Assembly (NCBI GenBank): GCA_032718475.1
Contig: JAUCBJ010002811.1
Span: forward strand, 50,993 to 114,992
Length of the DNA: 64,000 nucleotides
Reading direction: 5' to 3'
Source: Nemertoderma westbladi
Taxonomy: Eukaryota; Animalia; Xenacoelomorpha
Position numbers and translations under genes: made by a program. The notes below the pieces were generated by a model. That model was not told the origin of the DNA. It made no database searches and was given only the letters and a program-made list of their open reading frames with translations. Shown here in pieces: positions 12,686 through 23,149 of this stretch (position 1 is the first letter of the stretch; each line of letters starts with the position of its first letter).

Positions 12686-14168
12686 CGTATTGTTTCGTTT
12701 ATTTCTCTCTTTCAATGTTAAAAATAACCTCCACCTTTGATAAAAATGCATTACTGGTATACAAAATATATTAAACACATACATGTTAGTGTGGACGATT
12801 GAGAGCCAGTTTGTTAATGGTTCGATAACTGAGAACAGAGAGAAAAGGGTGATAACAGAAAAGCCATAGCTTGAAGGTTGCTACCACCGTGAGGGGGACT
12901 GGGGGGGGGGGGGGGGGACTACTGAAGAGACCTACATTGAGAAATTATAAGGGATGTACAACATAATGAGAGATCGAATCTGACTAGATGAAATACCATA
13001 GAATAGCTATCGAAAAAGAAATTTAAAAATCCAGAAATACAAAAAAGAAAAAAAAAAGAAAATTAAAAAAAAAGGGAAGATTAATTATCGCTGAGAAGAT
13101 GTGCCTTAAAGTTTTTGGAAAAGGTCGAAAGTTTTTGTGTGGACTGTATGATAATTGGTATCTCGTTCCAGATAATAGGGCCCTGATACTGTATGGACAG
13201 TTGTCCACGGGCAGTACGAAAGCGAGGAATAAATAAATTAGTATTGTATGAACCACGAGTGTTATAGTTATGAACAGTATTAGATAAACGAAAGAGATTC
13301 GTTAAACCAGAAGGTAATAAACCATGAAACGCATCGAACATGAGCTTGGCAACATTTAACTTATACAAAGCTTGAATGGGCAAAATTTCTAACCGACGAT
13401 AAATGGGAAAAGAGTGGCAATCCCATTCACTGAATGTTATAGCCCTCACAATTTTATTTACCAGAACACAAATTTTATTAATATATGTTGGGTAGGAGCT
13501 GCCCCATAAGGCAATACCGTAGAGGATCCGTGAATTTACGAGGGAATAATATATTGATTTGAGCACCGATAGAGGCAACAAGTGTCTGAGTTTAAAAAAC
13601 AAGCCAGTAAATTTCGACACCATAGATATTACATATTTACAGTGGGACTTCCAATTCAAGTGGTTGTCAAGTATGAGACCAAGATATTTAATTTCATTTT
13701 TACACTTTAGATTTGTATCTTTTATTTTAACTTTGGCTACATTTTCAGTGGACCGCGGGTTGTTGGAATATAAACAATATACAGTTTTATCAATATTCAA
13801 TGATAAGCGATTAGAAGCAAGCCATTCCGACAACTGTTCAAGTTGAAGGTTGACAATATTTACTAGGTTGTGGGGGTTGTGATGGCTAGCGAGAAGGCTG
13901 GTGTCGTCGGCAAATAGAACTGTTAAGAGTGATGTCGCCAGGGATATATCATCTATATACAACAAAAACAACAACGGTCCCAAGATAGACCCCTGAGGAA
14001 CTCCCATTGTAATAGGTAAGCAAGTAGAATATGTATCGTTCAGCTTGACGCGTTGTGTTCTGGAACTTAAATAACTCGAAAACATCTGTAGCGGTCTGCC
14101 ACGGATTCCATATGACTCTAACTTGGAAAGCAGGATCACGTGATCCACTGTATCGAAGGCCTTGCGGA
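12686..14168 (-). mobile_element. 5'-truncated CR1-group (CR1/L2/Crack-like) LINE inserted into the Bel/Pao spacer
   Basis: RT motifs KAFDTVDH, GVPQGSILGPLLFLLYI, LFADDT; 3' UTR ending AATAAACGAAAC; TATTA duplicated at 12681-12685 and 14169-14173; empty site present in copy 2 (~49268). Confidence 0.9.
13081..14168 (-). CDS. C-terminal half of LINE ORF2 (reverse transcriptase), open but 5'-truncated
   Basis: ORF track 13081..14181; the first few codons come from flanking LTR-element DNA. Confidence 0.85.
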
Positions 14169-14737
14169 TATTAAATAGCATCCCAGATCTGTATGCATGA
14201 GAATTACCCTAATTCTACTGCTAGCTTTCCATAATGTCACCATAGCAACAACCATGCTAGAATTAGAAGCGAGTTAAAAGAACAATAGAAAGCTTGCCCC
14301 TTTGAATAGCATGCGGAATAAATAGCACCCTGCTAGTATCCAGGGATACATAATAATAACGTGGCATTCTGGAAGGCACTTGACTAACGGACAAATGGCC
14401 CGACTGTGTACAAATTGTGACAGGAGTGTGGAATTTGTGTATTTATAGGTGAATGTTACTACGTAAGTGTGTTTACAGTAGCGAGTCGCAGTTGTGAAAG
14501 TTACCCTGCCTCTGTAGCAAGAACCTCCAGTAAATCTAAGCCCTTGGGATGGACAGTGGAGTGACTCGCGTTGGTTATTGTTGTCGTTGTGTAGCTACTA
14601 CGTTGGCGAGAGGCACAGCGACGACAGTACATCAGCGCTGAGGATCTTGCGCTGTCCGGGGGCATTGAGGGGGAGGCAGCGACGACCGCTAGCCTAATTA
14701 TAATTAATTATAAAATCGATAAACTCATATAGCCGCT

Positions 14738-16941
14738 ATGACTGAGTTGATAGAAGATGATCTTGGTATCAGGGAGCGATATACCCTACCATTGCAAGTG
14801 TTTGTTGATAGTTTAATACGCGGTGACGCTAGTCAAACTACTACGGAGGACGATGGCCGTTATATCGAACCCCCAATGTCAAAGGAACAACTCACGCGTG
14901 AATTGAACTATAGAAAATTCACCGCTCGCTATACGCATCGTAATGGTACGTATATGGACTTCTTAACTACTGGTCATCCTATCGATTTACACGATACGGA
15001 CGATGTAGACACCCAAAGGGAAATGGTCCTATTTAAATATCATACCCAGCGGAGTCGGAACGATAAACCGAGAATCGAACACGAGAATTCTATTCGAAAC
15101 CGACTCGAAAGAGAAGACGTTGAAGAGCCGGATAAACGCAGTGACTTTAACGAATACTTGGAATTCTTGAGAGAAACATATCTCAATGTAGCCAGTCAAC
15201 AAAATCTAGAAACTCGATATCCTCAAGGTATACATCATGACCCTATGATAGAACTCAAATGACTCTATTTCACTATGATGTATCTTACCGCCGATCGACC
15301 GCTACCTGTTGTCCCGGATAGCTTCGAACAGATGGAGGAATATTGTACAACTGGAGAAAGATCACCCGCGTTTCCCCTACAAGACGTGCGTCTTTGGTAT
15401 TATTGCGATGAATGCCCTAGACCCAACCAACAAACGGAAAGACATAAACATCCGCGGAGACATTGCGCTAAACACAGTTTTACTCACTATACTTACGGGA
15501 GTTTCGAGCGAAACTTGTTCGACGTATCACCCGCGCTCGCTCGACTCAAACGATCCTTAAATAAACCTATGATCAGAGTTCCGGAATACTCGGTCAGACC
15601 TCCTCATTCCCTGGTGAGACCTGAGACTTTTGATCCTAATAGTATATCGGATCCTCCTGAACTGTACTCACTGTTCAAAGATCTAGTGTTACCCGAACAA
15701 TTAATCGGTGGCACTCTGGTAGTGGGCTCTCTAGATATTCGCCCATCCTACCTAGCCGGATTGGGACGCGGACATTTAATATCGCCGTTCAACCCGTATA
15801 ATCGTCCCGGTTTAACCCCAATACAACCCGTCACCGAGGTGGAGGAGAGCGTTGTACGAAACGCGTTAGATGCTATTCGGCAAAAGATCGGAAAAGGAAC
15901 TTACGATTGTTTAGATAAACGTAAATTGCAGCAGCAAGTCCAAGCGGTAAAAGAATTAGCTTTACCTCAGTTCGATCGGGAAATTCAGAATCTCGAGGAA
16001 GACATCGAACTTGGACGAACCTACACTCTGCAAGAGTTTTTGGATGAACGCTTCCAACGACAAGCGGAGGAAAATCAGCTCGAGGAGAAGCATATCGAAA
16101 TGGACGAGAGAGAAGAAGCAGCTTTAGCCCAGCCAGAAGCTCAAATCCTTATGACTGATCTTTATTCCAAAACCATTATTCATCCTTCAATGGTTCCCCA
16201 TTTCGGAGACAAACTCTTCACCACGGTACAACCCCAACCGGTTGATATCAACCTAAGATCTAGAGATCTTATCGCGGACACTCCTATGTTACAACGTCCG
16301 CCAATCGAGGCCGCTCGTGTCGACGGTATACTCGTTGAACCTCCGGACAATCGAGCGGATCTTGTCCGTCGTATGGTACATGAGGTCAACCTACACGCTA
16401 GACCTTTACCGAACTCATTTTATGGGATCAAAGACCACCCTTATTATGTCAATTTAACTCAATATTATATGGTGAAACCAGAAGATCCTACATACAGTTT
16501 AAAGTTTCTATCATTGATAAATCACGCGGTGACTTGTTCATAAACTTGCATCCAGAGTTACAAGAAGTTCATAGACAACCATATGAATATAAAGCCAGAG
16601 AACGCGAGTTGGAAAGAACCATCAAACCGAGGAAATTTCTCACTACTCACGGTCCACCTACCGCTCTCGTGCAAACGACTCGTCAGGGACCAGTAAGAGC
16701 TGATGTCTTGAAACGCGCTCTAAAGGTTGTTCGACCTCGTTCCACTGAGGTTGATATCGATCAACCGGGTACCTCGACCGGCGGATACACCGACCGTAAC
16801 CCTAAACCTTCCGATGCAATTATATTGCACCCTTCACCCAGGAGTTATAGCCCTCCTAGTAAAGTGGCTCGCCCCAAAGAGAAAAGGACTCTTGCTAGCC
16901 TCAAAAAACTTCGTAAACGCCGTTCACGTAAGAAGGACTAA
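14738..16941 (+). pseudogene. ORF3 of Bel/Pao copy 1: one in-frame stop (15260-15262) and a ~2-kb deletion (~16524) removing the exonuclease and zinc knuckles
   Basis: Colinear with 48710-46926 and then 44876-44461 of copy 2 (MTELIEDDLGIRERY..., ...KKLRKRRxRKKD). Confidence 0.9.
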
Positions 16942-17010
16942 TTGTTTAGAGTATTTTTATATTTTAGAAACTGTGATTTTTTATATTTTATAGACTCAAA
17001 TCCCATTTTC

Positions 17011-17019
17011 TGGGAGCAG
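17011..17019 (+). promoter_or_regulatory. Polypurine tract adjacent to the 3' LTR
   Basis: TGGGAGCAG|TGTAAAAG; copy 2 has TGGGAGCGG|TGTAAAAG. Confidence 0.7.
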
Positions 17020-18157
17020 TGTAAAAGCTTTTGCGGACATAACAAGTCATTTTCCCCCGCAATGCGCAGTGTAGGTGCTTTAGCGGACATAATAAGTCAT
17101 TTTTGCCGCAATGCACATAATACTCTAAAAGATTGCAGCTCAGATGACGAAATATGTCAGCTGGTTTCCTGTAAACGTGGAACCACTTTGTTCTGCTCAG
17201 CCAATCAGAGCGATTTTCAGTTTATGTTGGACAAGGGCCTATGGAAAACTGCGCAATGCATTACGGTCTTTGTTTACCTTTCTGAGCCTAAGAATCGGCT
17301 TGGAAATCTTCTGTACTTCTGTTGTGGAAGTTTCAGACTTTGGCCTAAACATCTGATGGCTTTGATTACAAGAACGTAAAACTATTAACGCAATTCAACT
17401 ACTGAAACATTGCGCATCACACCGCAATTCAACATTGATGCACATGGAACACTGCATAAGTAACACATACTGACTGTTCACCGCATTATTTGCTTCTGTT
17501 ATTAATTGGTGTTATGTTAATGTATATTGCTGATATATTTGGAGAATACCGATGAATATTCATAAAACCCCCAATCTTCTTGATTACTGAAGGTGAGAGG
17601 AACAGGTTTACCGGTAGCAACTGCGACTTACATTATAGTGGTTTTTTTGTGAATTAAATGCTATTTCATAATCCCTACATGTGTCAGTTGCGATCCTCCT
17701 TATATATGATCAAATTCAGTGACAGTCAGCAGATCAGTGCGAAGTAGTGTGAAGTCGTGTGAAGTAGTGTGAAGGTTAATAAAGCATCTCCTAAAGAATG
17801 CGCTTTTTACGAAACTCTGTGGCCATCTCGTTGTGATTAGTATAAGTCATAACTCTGTTTTTATACTTAAAGCGCCACGTCCTAAAGGAACTGTTAATAT
17901 TTCCCCGAAAGTAAATATATTGTCAGAGATTATATAGTAACGATCAATCGAATAATACCGTAGGTCTACACCGCAATCACTATCAAGGCATCCGAATCCA
18001 GTCTCCCTTAACTGTGGGTGAATGATCGCGCACAGACTGGCTTCGGCGGATGTAACTTCAGTACACTAAATAATTGTTATAGGCTAAAGTCGATTTATAA
18101 ATAAGAAGACAACTAAAATTGGCAGGTTAAACTGCTAAAGGTCTAAAAGCGCGAACA
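17020..18157 (+). repeat. 3' LTR of Bel/Pao copy 1 (1138 bp)
   Basis: TGTAAAAGC...AAAAGCGCGAACA; homologous to 1369-2476 with an extra U3 duplication. Confidence 0.92.
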
Positions 18158-18484
18158 CGGGTCTATTGAGTTAAAATGGTTGTTTGTTGATGAAAAATCA
18201 GTCCTGTCAGTGCTATCGTCACCGGTAGAAAAAATATCAGTATCATTAGAGGGGGTGTTTGTAAAAGGGAACAGTTCTAAGTAGCAGTAGATACAGTAGG
18301 CTGAAATAGTAGACACAGACGAATCTAAAACGGGCAAGTCAAGGCAGGTCCCACACTGGTAATGGTATAAATTATTACATAACAAGCACTTAAGTGTGTA
18401 ATCATTACAGCCAACTACCGAGTAACAGAACGCACAGGAAAGGGGAGTGGACAAGTTGCCTCGGGGAGGGGTAGATCTGGGCAT
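18158..18484 (-). pseudogene. PHD-finger N-terminus of a CR1-group LINE ORF, cut off by the LTR
   Basis: CAFC...CLLCNNLYHYQC...CIYCYLELFPF...SIDP: C4HC3 PHD followed by FPF and IDP motifs, as in invertebrate CR1-like ORF2. Confidence 0.65.
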
Positions 18485-19210
18485 AAAATATGCAGGTATG
18501 CAGCTTGGGATAGGCGGTGGAATATGCCATAATAATTATTAAGATAGCACATTGATAACAATTAGGTTATTATTATGATATAATATTGATTGCTACTTAA
18601 TGCTAATATACTGATATACTGAAGGTACCGGTATATAGTTTCCAATAATATGAAAATAGTCCGGATAGGCTATTTATCTAAAAAAAAAACACTAACCTAA
18701 CTGGGCACTGGACACCTTCTATTAAAATAAAATATAATAGAAATATGAAGGATCGCCGTAAAGGGCGACCACATATCGTCACGATATATAATTTGCAGTC
18801 TGCAGTCTTGGTAGCGGTTCACACAGTCTTACGATACGATTAGGTTGAATCTTACTCCATACGTTACTAACGAAGTTTAAATAATTGGCTCACAAATTAC
18901 AAAGTACCGGGTAGGCCTAATTAATACCAAATAAAGGAAAATAAATGTAAAATAGTCTATCTTCTGAACTTGCTCAATGCTTACTAACGGACAAAGTACA
19001 GCTGTATTACAGTATTTGGCCAAGGATACGGTAGGCCGGTAGGTTCTTGTTTTCTATCAACTTACAGACTTCTGTACTCCAACTTAATTATGGACAGTTC
19101 TGTAGTGTAGTTAGTCGCTTGAGTCATGTTCTTCTTGGGGAGTAAACGAGTAGATACCGGAGTGTCCGGAGTCGAGCTGATCGAAGAGACATCAACATTA
19201 CTGTCAACAT

Positions 19211-19560
19211 TACTGCCTTGATAATTTATAGACAAATACACAAAAATGTTACTTCTAATTATCTTAAGGCATCAAAAATAGACACATCACTGCAACAAAT
19301 TGATTTAGTGTATAATGAGACCTTCAATAGTTTTTGTACAAAATGTGTGGAATGGGTCAACTCAATATCAAGTAGTAATTGGTGGATATAGTCTTGACAT
19401 TTTGTAAAATAACTCAAAAACTAATGACTCTACTCTTATTTTGAAGGTGTCTTCACCCACTATATCGATCATTTCTGTGATGTATCTATTCTTGATTTCT
19501 TGAGATAATTCAATATATCATTTATAGTGTATTTGTCCATATCACATCAAGGCGGTAATG
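19211..19560. repeat. Degenerate inverted repeat pair (non-autonomous TE relic)
   Basis: TTACTGCCTTGATAATTTATAGACAAATACAC versus GTGTATTTGTCCATATCACATCAAGGCGGTAA; TTGAAGGTGTCT...CCCACTA repeated at ~19441 and ~19624. Confidence 0.5.
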
Positions 19561-20199
19561 TAGATTTGTGCCGTACTTCACATTTTCTGCGATATCTCAA
19601 GAACTATTCGCTCTACGTTTGTTTTGAAGGTGTCTACCCCCACTAAATCGGACATTGCGGTTCTAATGAGCATAATATGAATGCAGTAGGAGAACTCAAA
19701 GTTGACCATCGCGAAAATTGAGAATAATCATCGCTTGCGCCAAATGGTAGGTTCTGGCCATGTGCCTGTGGCACTAGTTCCCTTAACCAAAAATTAAAAT
19801 TTTGGTATCTAACTAAGTTTGGATCCATTTGATGACATTTGATGCATGCAGGAAGTTCTTTTTTGAGTCATTGATCTTTCATCAATGTGTTATATTGTTA
19901 TACATTTCATTATGGTGTGGCATCATGATGGCACAAAATTTCAACCCTCTTGGGATCCGTGAAGATATAGATGAAATTTAAAGAAATTTTTTTTGCCTTA
20001 TTTTTTTTTACCATTTGGCAACTTTTGTGCACCGGTAGAACAATGAAATCGAAAAAAAGTAAAAAACGCACCGCCCTAGTGGTCATATTATTGTCAATTT
20101 ATCACCATTTCATAGCTTTAATAATATAAGAAAGGATAGTAACATGGAAGTTAATCAATGTTTTCTTAAACATAAAGGTCATCCTGATTCTTCCTGATT

Positions 20200-20605
20200 C
20201 TGGTCATCCTTCCAAGGAAAAATTAGCTGAACTTTTAAGAAATAGTGGAAATAGATACATGAGAGAAGATTTGGAGAAAGTAATAGATAATTGTAATAAT
20301 TAATGATAAACTTCCAGCACTGGAAGTACAACAAATTAATACTGTGGTTGAAAGACATTTAAGATGCTTGAGGGAAACACGAGTTGCATATATGAAAGCA
20401 GAAAATTCAGAGCAAATTCGGCGAGCTTTAAGAACGAATGTTCATACATCAAATGATAACTTTACAATTGGCGATAAAGTTTACTTTTATTCCAGGCGAG
20501 AATCTTCTTGGTCTGGACCAGCTACAGTGGCAGGCTTTGATGGAACATAAATATTATTGAAGCATGGCTTCAAGTATGTGAGTTGTCATCGCAATGATTT
20601 GATAC
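20200..20605 (+). pseudogene. Copia (GalEa-like) integrase relic
   Basis: GHPSKEKLAELLRNSG and AENSEQIRRALR...FTIGDKVYF...WSGPATVAGFDG*ILLKHG. Confidence 0.6.
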
Positions 20606-21948
20606 ATATTGTTGTTTACCGGTATGCAGTTTTGTTGTACTGTACCAGTACCACCTGTTTACGGTGTGATGTACCTTAGATATTTATGTACCTACCGTAA
20701 CACTGTAATGCAGTGGTACCTAGACCTACTGCTGTAATGTCTGAATGTTGTTGGTCACCTTATCAACATATATTTATAATTATATATTATACTGATAGTA
20801 CTGTGTAAGAATATCCAAATTATCTATTTTATCTATTAACCAGAAGGACATTGAAGTTAGGAAAGCAAAGGCTTGGGTAGCACTATCAAACACAAATTCC
20901 AATAATGATATCTTGCAATGAATTATCTTGTATGCAAAGACAATTTTAGATATAAGTTATATCAGACCAACTAAACTACGATTTAATATTTGTGAACAAA
21001 ATCATGTCCTCATCACACCCTGCAGAACATACGGTACTGTTGGTGTAAAAGCTACGCCGACTGCCAACAACCTATCCCTGGAACCTTTTTTAATTTAAGT
21101 TAAATAATTTTAACTATAAAATATGTGATCTCGACTGTGATTTTTTGATTTAAATGGAATATTCTGCAAAATCATCCACATCAAATGTAACCTGATCCTT
21201 TCCAACAATTGACAATTTTGGTGTCAGTAGGCCTACAGCGTTATTTACACCCTCAGAATATATAATATTATGGCCAAAGTTCACACCTTTGATAACTTAT
21301 GCTATAGAATACCAAATTATTCTACTAATTCAGGAATAGGACTTTTGATACGCCACTGACCACTAGCCTCTGATGGTCTAGGGCAGAAGTCAGAATGAAT
21401 GATTTTTGCTGTATTGCGACATATTCATATGTAAACAAGATTTCAGGAATTCCCAAAGTGAAAGTTGTGCTGATTGGCCAGTCAAATAGCACAGGGGGTT
21501 TGGAACAAAGATAATACTGACCAATGGCTGGTGATTTCATCACTAGAGCTCTATACCAAAAATAAATGCTACACATGGCTTATGCTTTATGTGTTTTCAA
21601 ATTTATTGAGATATTTACTGGTTTTAGAGTAGGTTTTCAAAATATACACAAAATGTGTGTAGAAATATGTTAATACTTTGAATAATTTATGAACGCACCG
21701 TGCAATAAACGGTGTGTAAGCTAAAGTGTGTAAATGTTAGTTGATTGGTTAATTTGGCAACAGAGTTTCTGTAAGCAATTTAATTAATTAAAATTAATTA
21801 GCGTGCTGAGGAATCTGTATACAGGGGAGAGTGTAATATTGATATTTCAAAATATAACAAGAATTTAGTCATTTCATCACCTCAGTTATATTGATGTTTA
21901 ATTTCCGTAACACCGTAAACCGTTTTGGAGGGAGTTTACCACGTGAGA

Positions 21949-23076
21949 TCACCCAGTCTTCCGTCTGAATTTATTGCGATTCTTTACGTAGACCGGAAGC
22001 AAACTACCCCGTTCAGCCTCCGTACAATTTCTATCAATCTGATTGAATGAACGGAGAATCTCCCCTAAAGCAGAATCAACGCAATGCACATTGTCCTGCG
22101 TAATTTTCTCATTGTGATCCCATATCTGCCATGGTCGCATCCACAAATGCACCGTGTACTTACCGCTCCACCAATTGTATTCAGTATACAGTTGGCGGTT
22201 ATATTGAGACCATTTCGGGTAAATAAATCCATCTTCGACCACATTAACCAAATGTGGATATTTTGAGAAAATTTTTCCAGGTTCTCTAATTGCGACACAC
22301 CCCCAACAGTTTCCATTGTAGGTGCGAAAACTTTCCAAAACCAACTTTAGGAAGGTTGAATTTTTCCTGGCAACAATAACTCCAGATCCTAGCAAATTGG
22401 CTGCATGAGTGTCCCTATCCGCACTGTAGTCATGGCAACGGATGGAATGAGAGACGGGTTGGACTCCAAACACATCTCCGTCTACGTACATTCCCCCAAA
22501 TTCTCTGAGTATTTTGAATCGCAGGACATCAGTTTGGTGTGAAGCGCGAAACGTTGGGTTTCTTGATAACGGAATATTAAACACAGTCTCTGGGGCAACA
22601 GTTTCCTTAATAACCAGTATGGGGACCTCCTCTTTGACTTTGGTAAACCAAGGATGTGTATATCCATTACTTCCGGTGAAATTAAGCCCCATATTTGTAT
22701 GAAAATAAATTACTTCCGGTTTCATATTTTTATAAACTGATAACAGGCATATGTAGTGTAAAAATTGGAATTCGGCTTGGTGTAACCAAATGAGATGTAC
22801 TATATTTGGAACAAGTGGCTCTCCGTTTGAACAAATCGGCTCGCTTTCCCCCTGAGTTGGATTCGTGCTGTAGTTTGTCTTTGATGGTTTATTTACTTTG
22901 TCAGGCACATCCAGACGGATGGGATTAAAAGACAGATATGGGTGAGGTTCTCCCAACATAATAGTTCTTCCATTCCAATTATATAAGGTTGTAACTGATA
23001 CCATGAATATTATCGCAACAAAAAGTTGATTTATCCTTCTTTTTTTAAATATCGCAAAGTTCATAATCATATCCAT
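21949..23076 (-). CDS. Alpha-1,4-glycosyltransferase-like protein (GT32, DXD family; A4GALT/A4GNT-like), type II membrane protein
   Basis: N-terminal basic stretch plus TM (LFVAIIFMVSVTTLY), VPNIVHLIW, HQTDVLRFKILREFGGMYVDGDV; 375-aa uninterrupted ORF. Confidence 0.9.
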   Translation of the reverse strand: MDMIMNFAIFKKRRINQLFVAIIFMVSVTTLYNWNGRTIMLGEPHPYLSFNPIRLDVPDKVNKPSKTNYSTNPTQGESEPICSNGEPLVPNIVHLIWLHQAEFQFLHYICLLSVYKNMKPEVIYFHTNMGLNFTGSNGYTHPWFTKVKEEVPILVIKETVAPETVFNIPLSRNPTFRASHQTDVLRFKILREFGGMYVDGDVFGVQPVSHSIRCHDYSADRDTHAANLLGSGVIVARKNSTFLKLVLESFRTYNGNCWGCVAIREPGKIFSKYPHLVNVVEDGFIYPKWSQYNRQLYTEYNWWSGKYTVHLWMRPWQIWDHNEKITQDNVHCVDSALGEILRSFNQIDRNCTEAERGSLLPVYVKNRNKFRRKTG

Positions 23077-23149
23077 GTCCTGGAAAAAGTGTCTTCAGTG
23101 ATAAATTAACTCCCAGCCCCACCTCCACCAAAATCAAATTTGAAACAGA

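Larger units (their letters stand above)
1369..18157 (+). mobile_element. Bel/Pao LTR retrotransposon, copy 1 (defective), layout LTR-leader-gag-PR-RT-RH-IN-spacer-ORF3-LTR
   Basis: TG...CA LTRs at both ends, Pao-type gag zinc knuckles, DSG protease, YMDD RT, Pao RNase H (LHVFGDAS), integrase (GVDLFGP, WWGGSWERLIRSVK). Confidence 0.93.

Noticed and set aside
16942-17379. 145-aa ORF after ORF3
   Set aside because: Runs through the PPT and LTR U3; not conserved in copy 2
12686-18484. The RT fragment and PHD fragment as one LINE split by the LTR element
   Set aside because: The RT fragment has its own TATTA TSD inside the element's spacer, and the endonuclease region is missing
20843-20888. 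KDIEVRKAKAWVAL fragment as a gene
   Set aside because: A ~45-bp RTE LINE scrap, too short to annotate
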